Source: a virus (lineage: Duplodnaviria; Caudoviricetes). Taken from it: a stretch of DNA of 59,197 nt. Below, piece by piece: positions 26,926 to 35,819 of the stretch. The stretch's first letter is position 1. Every line of letters starts with the position of its first letter. The notes below the pieces were generated by a model. That model made no database searches and had not been told where the DNA came from. It saw only the letters and a program-made list of their open reading frames with translations. The DNA lies in the IMG/VR virus record IMGVR_UViG_3300027985_000657, positions 1 through 59,197 of that record; one strand, 5' to 3'. The translations under genes were made by a program, and so were the position numbers.

Positions 26926-27183
26926 CTATTCTTGTGCCAAGATGAGTTCTATTTCAGTAACTTTACCATCAATCATTTTGTAACTTTTGATAACATTACC
27001 ATCTTCATCTTGAAGCTGTGCTATTTCTCCTTCTTTCAAAGTTTTCTTTAATTCTCTTTTAAATCTTGCAATGTGTATCTGCTGTGCAGCAAATGTAACA
27101 CCCTTTCTTAATACAAAGGTAGTGGTGTTAACAATCGCTAGTACTGCTAAAACACGAATGCTCGTTTCTAAAATTCTTTTCAT
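26926..27183 (-). CDS. Small membrane-anchored protein (cassette gene)
   Basis: Promoter 27206-27233, AAGGAGG RBS, AGAATAGCA/TGCTATTCT terminator over the stop. Confidence 0.75.
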   Translation of the reverse strand: MKRILETSIRVLAVLAIVNTTTFVLRKGVTFAAQQIHIARFKRELKKTLKEGEIAQLQDEDGNVIKSYKMIDGKVTEIELILAQE

Positions 27184-27205
27184 TTTTAAAAACCTCCTTA
27201 GTTTT

Positions 27206-27233
27206 CTATAAAGTGATATGTATTTTTTGCGTA
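27206..27233 (-). promoter_or_regulatory. Phage promoter-like motif copy
   Basis: TACGCAAAAAATACATATCACTTTATAG. Confidence 0.75.
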
Positions 27234-27305
27234 AAAAATAAAAGATAAGAATACAAAAATTCGTCTACTACACTAAGTACGTCCGAGATTTTCCTTATCT
27301 TTCTT
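27233..27305 (-). ncRNA. Candidate ~70-nt hairpin small RNA with its own promoter
   Basis: Lies between two promoter motifs, has no ATG-initiated ORF, has an AAAGATAAG/CTTATCTTT closing stem and ends in a U-tract. Confidence 0.55.
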
Positions 27306-27307
27306 TC

Positions 27308-27335
27308 CTATAAAGTGATATGTAAATTATGCGAA
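27308..27335 (-). promoter_or_regulatory. Phage promoter-like motif copy
   Basis: TTCGCATAATTTACATATCACTTTATAG. Confidence 0.8.
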
Positions 27336-27348
27336 TTTGCGCAAATAG

Positions 27349-27392
27349 AAAAAACCAAGTCCGTGTGCAATAAATGCGTTAACTTGGTTTTT
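27349..27392 (-). terminator. Terminator closing the late (structural) operon
   Basis: AAAAAACCAAGT...ACTTGGTTTTTT. Confidence 0.75.
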
Positions 27393-27406
27393 ATTAGTTT
27401 ATGTTA

Positions 27407-27664
27407 TTATACGATAAGTGTCCAGGTAGGAACTCCACCAAGCATTACCAATTTGTAATCTCCATCAGCTAATTGTGATGGATCAGGGATTGGATTAGCT
27501 ACAATTGTTACTTCTCCACCAACAACTTGCAGCATATATAATCCATCTGCTAATTCAGCTGGGTCTGATGGTAATTCATTCAATGAATCAAACACCAGTG
27601 TTGCTTCCGTTGGAACTGCTGAAGGATCAGAGTTCTGAAACTTAATTTTAATTTTCTTTTCCAT
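27407..27664 (-). CDS. Hypothetical protein with an internal DP..LADG.Y.L...GG repeat (two copies)
   Basis: SDPAELADGLYMLQVVGG / PDPSQLADGDYKLVMLGG. Confidence 0.7.
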   Translation of the reverse strand: MEKKIKIKFQNSDPSAVPTEATLVFDSLNELPSDPAELADGLYMLQVVGGEVTIVANPIPDPSQLADGDYKLVMLGGVPTWTLIV

Positions 27665-27677
27665 TTTGAATTTCTCC

Positions 27678-28100
27678 TTAGTTTAATTTTTGATTTTTTA
27701 TTACAAGATTGTAGATTGCTACTACTGATTCAATCATTTCTCCGACACGTTCTGCGTCGAATTCAATACCACGAGATTCACATACTTCTTTTATAGAATC
27801 AAGGGCTTTCTGTTTCTTTTCAGGTCCTGTAAGTCCATTGAGATCTTCAACAGCATACACAATATCTTTTACAATACCCAAAAGTTCTCTTGTGTTCTTA
27901 TCTTTGACTAAAGAATATAACATCGGAGCAAACTGAATAATTGCACCAATAATCACACCCAAACCAAATATAATATTATTAATGTCAGCTTGATTTACTG
28001 TAACATTAACACCGAACAACCCAAGTATTGCAAATACAATACCTGTTAGGAACACAAGAAATGCAACAATTTTTTGAATTAATGCATTAGTTATTTTCAT
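27678..28100 (-). CDS. Holin-like protein (LL-H type C-terminus)
   Basis: Two TM helices then V.AVE....G.EKK..A.....IESVV pattern; post-tail position. Confidence 0.7.
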   Translation of the reverse strand: MKITNALIQKIVAFLVFLTGIVFAILGLFGVNVTVNQADINNIIFGLGVIIGAIIQFAPMLYSLVKDKNTRELLGIVKDIVYAVEDLNGLTGPEKKQKALDSIKEVCESRGIEFDAERVGEMIESVVAIYNLVIKNQKLN

Positions 28101-28656
28101 TCTCGCTTTCCTCCTTATTCTTACGAGTCTTTCCCAATGTTATTTCAACACGAGCAGCTTGAACAAGTTCGTCCATTCTCTTAATATCACTATTACCACC
28201 TAAGGATGTATAGTCTGAAAACCATTTATCCCAGTTGGTTTGATCTGTTTTATTAAAGACGCCCTTTTTATCAAACTTATCATGGAAAAGGTGATTCAAT
28301 TTGATTTGAAGATCTGTCATCTGTGAGTGGTGAAGCTTACCTATTGTATCTTTAATTTCACCAATATCTTTTAAAATTGGTTTTAACTCACTTTTAATTT
28401 CACTAATGATTGCATCTTTTGTTAGTTTTAATTCCATTTCACGTGCTTTATGATCACGTTCAATATTCAATAACCACGGACAACTTACTTTTCGATCTTC
28501 CTGTACTGCACTTATTACTTTATCATTAAATGATTTCCTTACAGATTTTTTACCTTTCTTTAAGTATCTAAATCCTCTAATAGCGGAATCTAAAACACTT
28601 ATGGTAAATATAAGTCCACCACCAATGATAAGAAACCATCTCCAAAACTCTGACAT
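28087..28656 (-). CDS. Lysis-region membrane protein (N-terminal TM helix plus coiled coil)
   Basis: N-terminal TM helix and Y..LGGN motif typical of holin-adjacent genes. Confidence 0.65.
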   Translation of the reverse strand: MSEFWRWFLIIGGGLIFTISVLDSAIRGFRYLKKGKKSVRKSFNDKVISAVQEDRKVSCPWLLNIERDHKAREMELKLTKDAIISEIKSELKPILKDIGEIKDTIGKLHHSQMTDLQIKLNHLFHDKFDKKGVFNKTDQTNWDKWFSDYTSLGGNSDIKRMDELVQAARVEITLGKTRKNKEESENENN

Positions 28657-28674
28657 ATTTCTTCCTCCTATATA

Positions 28675-29268
28675 CTATTTTATATGTAATTCTTTTTCTA
28701 TCCAATCTATTAATTGCCCAACATTACCATTTGATGTATATAGGGTAATAATATCTTTTGTCATTTCATCAGTTATAACAGTAGACTTATTTGTTAATAT
28801 TTTTAAAATAACATAGAAATGAACCCATCCCTTTGTTAGTTTTTCTCTTTTATAACGTTTGCCAACTGTTTGTATGTATTTTGTTCTCATGTATTCACGA
28901 TATTGTTCATCATATTGAAATATATTCCAAGTATAGTCCCAATTTCCGTAAATTACATCTCTTAAACAATAAAAATAATTATGTAATAATACTTGATTAA
29001 ATCCTTCATTTTTTCCATTTGTATTAAATGATAGTAAATCATTAATTACTGTCTCGTCTCGTATTACTAAATCATAATCAATACCATCAATTTTAATAAA
29101 TTTTCTAAAATATCCTTTTGGATAATTAGAACATATCGCAACAAAATCTAGGTCATTTGGATTATCGTGAAATATCTGTGACCCTGTCTTAAATATTTCA
29201 ATAATTTTTGTATTAGGAAATCCCTGTTCTTCAAGGATGTCATCAAATAATTGCTTAATATCTATCAT
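28675..29268 (-). CDS. Pol-beta-superfamily nucleotidyltransferase-like protein
   Basis: hGS...DxD signature (FKTGSQIF...NDLDFV) and a candidate third Asp in DYDLV. Confidence 0.6.
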   Translation of the reverse strand: MIDIKQLFDDILEEQGFPNTKIIEIFKTGSQIFHDNPNDLDFVAICSNYPKGYFRKFIKIDGIDYDLVIRDETVINDLLSFNTNGKNEGFNQVLLHNYFYCLRDVIYGNWDYTWNIFQYDEQYREYMRTKYIQTVGKRYKREKLTKGWVHFYVILKILTNKSTVITDEMTKDIITLYTSNGNVGQLIDWIEKELHIK

Positions 29269-29531
29269 TCTTGTTGTACCTCATACTGCATATATATGAG
29301 ATTCATATCAAGAACAACACCCAAGTCACCCAAACCCATTGATTCTGCTGGATAATATGATTCAAGCCAAGCTAAACCTTCTGCTATACCATCAACATCT
29401 TGACTTGCATCTAAAAATACATCATAATCCAAACCGGATGAAGATGAATATGTAATATATACCCAAACTTGTACTGGGGTAGATCCACCAGCAGCTTGAC
29501 TTTGTATGATACCATTTGTTCTATTTAACAT
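29265..29531 (-). CDS. Small tail-fibre-associated protein
   Basis: Homologous to an inserted domain in the 32421 tail protein. Confidence 0.7.
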   Translation of the reverse strand: MLNRTNGIIQSQAAGGSTPVQVWVYITYSSSSGLDYDVFLDASQDVDGIAEGLAWLESYYPAESMGLGDLGVVLDMNLIYMQYEVQQE

Positions 29532-29532
29532 A

Positions 29533-30837
29533 TTAATTCACCGCTGTTGAGCTAAGTAAGCCAATTGCCATCCACTGACTCGCACCAATCTTAATAAATG
29601 TAACCCCCATATATCGTCCGCCAACATAACAACTTCCAGAACCGGCAGTCCCATCTATATTTCTATAGATTGTTGCTCCACTAGCATTAATATAAACAGC
29701 ACCAGTTCCCATTTTAAGAATAGTAAAGCTGTCTCCAATTTCAAAAGATCCACCCTCATTATCAGCATCCATATACATATACAGAGTTGATGTGCTATTG
29801 AACATTATTGTTTGATTTTTCTTAATATCATAGGAGTGTTGATGTGTTGATACAGATACAAAATCTGATTTTAAATCTATCTCATATGGTAATGGTGAAT
29901 ATAAATGGAATGTTCCATTCGTAAACTGATATGCACTATGATCTTCACCTAAAACTAGCGTATTTCCTGTGTCATGCATATGACCCAAGTATATATATAC
30001 AAAACCATCATCTGATGTTGGTATTGTTTGTGTAAGCCATGATGTATATGTTGTATTATCTAGAACAAAATATCCATTTGCATCAATCGTTCCTTTTAAA
30101 TACATCGGTTTATAGGCAGTCCATCCGCCGGATTGATTAGCCGTATAATTTAGAGTTGATATTGTATCTCTTGGATACCAATAGTATCTACTTACAGCAT
30201 CTGCTGCTAGATCTGTTGTTGATCCATACCAGAATATCTTACCATCAATTAGAAATGGTTGTTGTGATACTGTTTTAGTTGTCCCTGTGCCATTTTCAAG
30301 TGTTAATGGATACATTTTTCCATCGGAACCTTCCATAACTATTTTATAATCATAAATTGTTGCTCCTGCTTGAAAATATCCATCACTTCTATCATGATAT
30401 GTTTCATTACTATCATACGGATCACCAGCAACAACCCAACAACCACCGTTTAAAACACTATCATACACTAGCGGTATAATATAATTTGTGGTGAAATGCG
30501 TTGTTAATAGTGAATTACTATAACGATATATTGTTTTAGCACCCAGACCATTAATATTTAGTGTACATGATGATGCACCACTAGATGGTAATTTGAAATG
30601 AACAAATAATCCATCATAATATGAGTCAATTCCAGTTACAGTTGCCGCCCATACACCAGATGATCCAGTTGCATTGTTAATAAAATAAACCTTTGTTTTG
30701 TCATCAATATCACTTTGCATATTTGCGAGTGATGTATTTAGGGATATTACTTGATCCATTGTAGTTTGGGGGTATAGAATATCCCAAATACTACCAGATG
30801 ACTTCCATTTTTTAATTGTTCCTTTGTAAGTAGACAT
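29533..30837 (-). CDS. Tail fibre / receptor-binding protein
   Basis: TLNINGLGAKTI motif, G/S/T-rich beta composition, N-terminus shared with the 30862 ORF. Confidence 0.8.
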   Translation of the reverse strand: MSTYKGTIKKWKSSGSIWDILYPQTTMDQVISLNTSLANMQSDIDDKTKVYFINNATGSSGVWAATVTGIDSYYDGLFVHFKLPSSGASSCTLNINGLGAKTIYRYSNSLLTTHFTTNYIIPLVYDSVLNGGCWVVAGDPYDSNETYHDRSDGYFQAGATIYDYKIVMEGSDGKMYPLTLENGTGTTKTVSQQPFLIDGKIFWYGSTTDLAADAVSRYYWYPRDTISTLNYTANQSGGWTAYKPMYLKGTIDANGYFVLDNTTYTSWLTQTIPTSDDGFVYIYLGHMHDTGNTLVLGEDHSAYQFTNGTFHLYSPLPYEIDLKSDFVSVSTHQHSYDIKKNQTIMFNSTSTLYMYMDADNEGGSFEIGDSFTILKMGTGAVYINASGATIYRNIDGTAGSGSCYVGGRYMGVTFIKIGASQWMAIGLLSSTAVN

Positions 30838-30861
30838 GTACTATACCCCTTTCACTTAATT

Positions 30862-31770
30862 TTAATATTCAAACCCCATTTGACCATCAATCAAATCTGT
30901 TGTTGGTAAGGCGTCAGATAACATAAGTTGATGTCCATCAACATAGTTTTTTGTAGCTGCATCTTGGGCAGATACCGGGTCTGTAACATTTATTAGTCTT
31001 TTATTCTTCATGTTATGTGCTAGACCTGTATCATTAATTACCATTACAAGTGAATTATCAGAATAAACGTTAACAACCTGACCTGTAAATTCAAGATAGT
31101 TAAATGCATCAGCACCCATTTTACCAAGAGTACCGCCAGTATATAAATCAGTAATACCATACCCAGATATTGTTGTCGGTTTAGATGATAGGTTAGCAAA
31201 TGGAATAGAAATATTTGCTGAACCATCAAATGAAACACCCGCAATTGTTCTAGGTGTTGTTAATTTAGTTGCACTTAATACATTTTTAGCAGCATCTGCA
31301 GTATTATCAACACTACCCAATCCAACATCACCTTTAACCAATGTAACCACACCTGTTTTTCCAGCAACACTTGCAACAGCAGCCGTTGGTGTTGATAGTA
31401 ATGTAAAGTCTGCTGATGTTCCAGCTGATCCGCCATTATGAATGTACGTCTTATTATCTGTAGTTAAGATTAAGACATCCCCTTCTTGCATTTGAGTTGG
31501 ATCTGCTGCATAAATAGTTAAATATGCAGACATTGTTGTTGACACAACGGTATTTGTTAATGCAATTGCTGGCATTCTAGCAACATCAAACACGCCTGTT
31601 GTAATTTTAGATGCATCTAATACTGGAATTCTGCCAGCATCAAGAGTAGGAATTCTAGCTAAAGCTAAAACACCAGATATAATATTGTCTGCGACTGTTT
31701 TTGGATAGAGAATATCCCACACACTACCAGTAGCATTCCATTTTTTTAGTGTACCATTATATGTACTCAT
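30862..31770 (-). CDS. Tail fibre protein
   Basis: LDASKITTG, VASVAGKTGVVTL..GDVGL, ATKLTTPRTIAGVSFDGSANI, DPVSAQDAATKNYVD motifs. Confidence 0.85.
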   Translation of the reverse strand: MSTYNGTLKKWNATGSVWDILYPKTVADNIISGVLALARIPTLDAGRIPVLDASKITTGVFDVARMPAIALTNTVVSTTMSAYLTIYAADPTQMQEGDVLILTTDNKTYIHNGGSAGTSADFTLLSTPTAAVASVAGKTGVVTLVKGDVGLGSVDNTADAAKNVLSATKLTTPRTIAGVSFDGSANISIPFANLSSKPTTISGYGITDLYTGGTLGKMGADAFNYLEFTGQVVNVYSDNSLVMVINDTGLAHNMKNKRLINVTDPVSAQDAATKNYVDGHQLMLSDALPTTDLIDGQMGFEY

Positions 31771-31791
31771 ATTTTACTTCCTCCTTGTTGT

Positions 31792-32244
31792 TTATTCAGC
31801 AGGTGGTTGTGGTACCTCTTCTGCTGGTTGTGGTGGGTTCATATTAACGAAAATACTCTTAAACTTAGTATAGTAAAAGATTTGTTGGTTAATTGAATTA
31901 TCCATCATTTCAAATAATGTTAAAATTGTTTGATTTTGTTCAGCAATATTGCCTTGTAATTCTCCAAGTTGTGTCCTAAATGTTAATATCATTTCCTGTT
32001 CTTTTTGTTGATGAATTTTTATAGTTTCATTTGCGAGGCGAACAGTCTCAAGGTCTTCTTGTCTAGCGCCTTTTATGATATCATATTTGCTTTTCATTTT
32101 GTCATAATTTGCAATCTTACCTGCGTTCAAAGCAATTACCTGATCTGCTGCTTCTAATTTTTCAATTAAAGCATTTTTTGTTAATTTTAAATATGGGCTT
32201 TTCAATTCTGTACTCACATTATTCATTTGCTGACACAACTCCAT
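31792..32244 (-). CDS. Coiled-coil hypothetical protein
   Basis: Helical, Q/E-rich; exact start uncertain. Confidence 0.65.
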   Translation of the reverse strand: MELCQQMNNVSTELKSPYLKLTKNALIEKLEAADQVIALNAGKIANYDKMKSKYDIIKGARQEDLETVRLANETIKIHQQKEQEMILTFRTQLGELQGNIAEQNQTILTLFEMMDNSINQQIFYYTKFKSIFVNMNPPQPAEEVPQPPAE

Positions 32245-32398
32245 GTTCTTCTAGAGTTACTTTTGATCCAACTATTGCTGTTACAATATATGTTTGACCA
32301 TTAGCAAAATCAATCAATTGACCAATTGAATATAATTCTTCTCCGTTAATGTTAGCCCATCTTCCATTAACTATTTTTTTTGCGATAATAATAATCAT
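32219..32398 (-). CDS. Small hypothetical tail-region protein
   Basis: AAGGAGAACTAA RBS before MIIIIAKK. Confidence 0.6.
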   Translation of the reverse strand: MIIIIAKKIVNGRWANINGEELYSIGQLIDFANGQTYIVTAIVGSKVTLEEHGVVSANE

Positions 32399-32420
32399 TT
32401 TTTTAGTTCTCCTTCTTTTT

Positions 32421-35400
32421 TTAATCAATATCAAACCACAGACTTTGGTCTGCTAAATTTGTTGTATCTGGTGCATCTTCACTTGCAATAAATGATAGTA
32501 CTCCACCCATAGAAATTCCGGTTACAATATCATATGTTTCAGTATATATATGCAATACCACTTTATTTGTTACTCCTCCGGTAATTCTAGATTCAGTATA
32601 TCTAGCTGGAAAAGCAGTTGCTAAATTATCTACTGAATATTGTTGCATTCCACTAACTGGAATAACATCTCCAGCACTTCCAGAAGATTCGCCAGCAACA
32701 ATCGTAATTGTCAATTCATAAGTATATATATTGTTATACATATCTCTGTATTTTACTGTTACTAAAAAATTTTTTGTTTCAAATAGAGCATAATTGGTTG
32801 TAACTTGCGCTGATATATAAAGTTGATTTCCATCTTGGAACCCTAGTGCTCCTGCTGTTGCAACTACTACTTGAGATTCTGATTGGGTATCATCTTCGGT
32901 TACACGTTCAATATATACATTTCTATCATTTAAAAGATATAATCTATCAACAATAACATCATTTGATTTTACTTCATCTGAATCTATTTTTTCTGCATAA
33001 ACTTCTTCGATAGTTACAGATTTTGCTTCGACATTTCCTGCAGCATCAACTTTAAATTTATCTTGTATACTTATTTCACCATCGATTACTTTTACGCCTT
33101 TTGCTGTTAGAATACCATCATTATTTACATAAAAATTGTCTCCGATCTGTATTGAACCACCAGTTATTGTTAATGAGTTAGCAATTACATTACCATCTTT
33201 ATCAACAGTAAATACATATGTGCTTACTAATTTATATGTGTTTAATGTAAAATTCCATTTGTATCTTTTATCGTAGTAATAACCCTCTGATGCAATTTTA
33301 AATATAGTTCCTTCAGGATATGCAGTTGGATCAAGTGGTTCTCCACCAACCGGTTGACATTCAAATTGAATATATACTCCATTTGAATCTAGTATAACAA
33401 GAGTATCTCCATATCCATATCCATTCGCTGGATAGTTTGAGTCGATGTACGCTTGTGCTTCTTCTAATCCATCAACAAGTAAACTTCCATCAACATTTTC
33501 ATCACCAATTAGTTCGCTTGATGAATATGAAATATAAACCCAACCAGGAACCGGTATACCGTTTAATGATAACCAATCTTTACCCATAAATGGATTATTT
33601 TCCAAAACATATGCTAATGTATATTCTGTGCTAGCAACTTTATTTATAGTTATAGATCCACTATCCATAGTGAAATCACCTTTAACTCTAATTGTGCCAG
33701 CGAGAAGTGCATCCGCTATTGCTGCATTATCTGCTGTAAACATTTTTGCGACAAGTTGATCTATTGATCCAGACGATGCCTCGAGTAAACCCGAAACATT
33801 AATCTTTGAAACTTCTAGTGTCTTAATTATTGCATTTTGAATTTCTGCATTAATAATATTTGCATTCTCAGCAATTAATTCAACAATATATTGCCTATTT
33901 GCATAATCAGCATCATTTTTCAATGATGAAATATTATCTCCTGTTGACACTATATTACTTGTTATTGTATTTGTTTTATCGCCGAGTTCAATTTCTGAAT
34001 ATGAATTGGTTAATACATCATATTCCGTATATATTACTCGTCTCTTTGTATTAACTCCAAGACTTTCATAAATGACTGTTATTTCATCACCAAGTTGAAC
34101 AACTTCTAAATCTTTAAATTGTTCATATTCTGGACTATTTGACAGCTGTATAAATGATACAGTTATTGATTCTTTGATCAACGTGAAATCATTATCTTTT
34201 AGATACTGTTCTGCCTTATTAAACAATGTTTCTTGTGTCATATCTGTTGGTTGAAGTCCACCAATTGCATCTAAATCCGATGTCATATCCAACGTTAATA
34301 TGTTTTGTATTTCTTTATCTTTTAATTCTTGATTTATGTAAAGTACCCCAGTTGCATTATCGAATATGATAGATTCCCCTTCTTCAATTGTATTAATACA
34401 GTCTAGAAGATCTAAATATACATATTTATCTACGGATACAGTACTTACATCAGGTTTTATTGGATATACATAGATATGGCCATTAATATCATCTTCTTCC
34501 CATTCAACGCCATTCCAACTTATTTTATATGTTGGTAAAATTGTAGTTGTTGTTAGTGGAACTTGGTATTGTGTAAATGGTTGTGTGTCTTCAACAGTTC
34601 TAGCATCAATTACCTCAACATAAAATCCGTCACGTTCATATACAACAAAAAGTTCATTGTCATATATTATTTTTTTATTGTAAAAATCCGAGTCTTCATC
34701 TTTTATAACATAAATATTTCCAAAAGATGGAACAATTGGGTTTCCACCATCTAATGTATCCTTTAATCCTGTAATATTACCTTCTTCATCAACAGAATCA
34801 ATGTATGCATCAAATAAATTGCCTGCAGCAACTGTGTTTTTTCTAAAAATATAAACCTTATCCAAATAAGATTCATATCCTTCTGCATCAGTCTTAACAA
34901 TAACTGGTACATAATATGTTGCAAGACTTCCTAATGCATCCACTATTAAATTAACAGTTTCAACAACAGGGTTTAATGGTGTTCCACCAAGTAATGATGA
35001 TGTGTCAATATATTCTATAGATAACCAATCTGCTCTTAATGGAGTTATATCTGCTATGATGTATGCTGGCTGAAATATTGGTTTTGTATTCGTTACTGAT
35101 TCAGAATATCTTTTTGAATAGAACGGAAAAATACCAGTATATAGTTTTGATCCTTCCGATTCATGTTCAAGATCTGTTAGATTCTTTCCGTATCTTATTG
35201 TTATTCCTCTATCGGAACCTCTCTTATTTCTAAGATAAATATCAAACTTATCAAACTCATACTCACCCTTATATTGATCTAAAATAGATCCGTCAGATCC
35301 ACCAAGCATTGATCTTAAATTCATTGGTTGTGGTATAGAATATCCATCTTCTTTTAATACATTTTCTTTATCTATACCTTTATGAAGTGTGAATCTATTT

Positions 35401-35819
35401 ATTAATACAGAAGATCCGTTAATATCTGCCAACACTGAATCTAACAAATATCCTTGTTCAACTTCACTAAATTCACCAAACGAAACTATTTCATTTGTTT
35501 CTAAATTTCTTTTTGGTTTTATTACTATTCCGCTTGCATCATATGATATATGTGCTGCATTAACAGTTACTCTACCATCGATTGGTTTTGTTACTGAATA
35601 AATTCTAAAAGGTTGCTCCGCTGAATACATATTTGGTTTACAAAATATAATATTTCTTATTTGTAATTTATCAAAGTGTCTTCCTGTTATCGGGTATTCC
35701 AGCTCTAATTCATAAGAACCATTCAATTCTTCTGCAACGACTGCGGCAGTTGCTTCATCAAGACTTCCTAATCCAAGACTTGTAAATTCTAATTCGTCTT
35801 GAGCGTATATTCTAATCAT
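32421..35819 (-). CDS. Tail tip / Tal-like minor structural protein with insertions
   Basis: GLGSL...EELNGSYELELEYP..G, QPFRIY, AAHISYD, YGKNL, LGDEITV motifs; follows Dit. Confidence 0.85.
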   Translation of the reverse strand: MIRIYAQDELEFTSLGLGSLDEATAAVVAEELNGSYELELEYPITGRHFDKLQIRNIIFCKPNMYSAEQPFRIYSVTKPIDGRVTVNAAHISYDASGIVIKPKRNLETNEIVSFGEFSEVEQGYLLDSVLADINGSSVLINRFTLHKGIDKENVLKEDGYSIPQPMNLRSMLGGSDGSILDQYKGEYEFDKFDIYLRNKRGSDRGITIRYGKNLTDLEHESEGSKLYTGIFPFYSKRYSESVTNTKPIFQPAYIIADITPLRADWLSIEYIDTSSLLGGTPLNPVVETVNLIVDALGSLATYYVPVIVKTDAEGYESYLDKVYIFRKNTVAAGNLFDAYIDSVDEEGNITGLKDTLDGGNPIVPSFGNIYVIKDEDSDFYNKKIIYDNELFVVYERDGFYVEVIDARTVEDTQPFTQYQVPLTTTTILPTYKISWNGVEWEEDDINGHIYVYPIKPDVSTVSVDKYVYLDLLDCINTIEEGESIIFDNATGVLYINQELKDKEIQNILTLDMTSDLDAIGGLQPTDMTQETLFNKAEQYLKDNDFTLIKESITVSFIQLSNSPEYEQFKDLEVVQLGDEITVIYESLGVNTKRRVIYTEYDVLTNSYSEIELGDKTNTITSNIVSTGDNISSLKNDADYANRQYIVELIAENANIINAEIQNAIIKTLEVSKINVSGLLEASSGSIDQLVAKMFTADNAAIADALLAGTIRVKGDFTMDSGSITINKVASTEYTLAYVLENNPFMGKDWLSLNGIPVPGWVYISYSSSELIGDENVDGSLLVDGLEEAQAYIDSNYPANGYGYGDTLVILDSNGVYIQFECQPVGGEPLDPTAYPEGTIFKIASEGYYYDKRYKWNFTLNTYKLVSTYVFTVDKDGNVIANSLTITGGSIQIGDNFYVNNDGILTAKGVKVIDGEISIQDKFKVDAAGNVEAKSVTIEEVYAEKIDSDEVKSNDVIVDRLYLLNDRNVYIERVTEDDTQSESQVVVATAGALGFQDGNQLYISAQVTTNYALFETKNFLVTVKYRDMYNNIYTYELTITIVAGESSGSAGDVIPVSGMQQYSVDNLATAFPARYTESRITGGVTNKVVLHIYTETYDIVTGISMGGVLSFIASEDAPDTTNLADQSLWFDID

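Noticed and set aside
29533-35819. Diversity-generating retroelement acting on tail fibres
   Set aside because: No reverse transcriptase and no near-identical TR/VR pair with adenine-specific differences; the duplicated domain is diverged at all base types.
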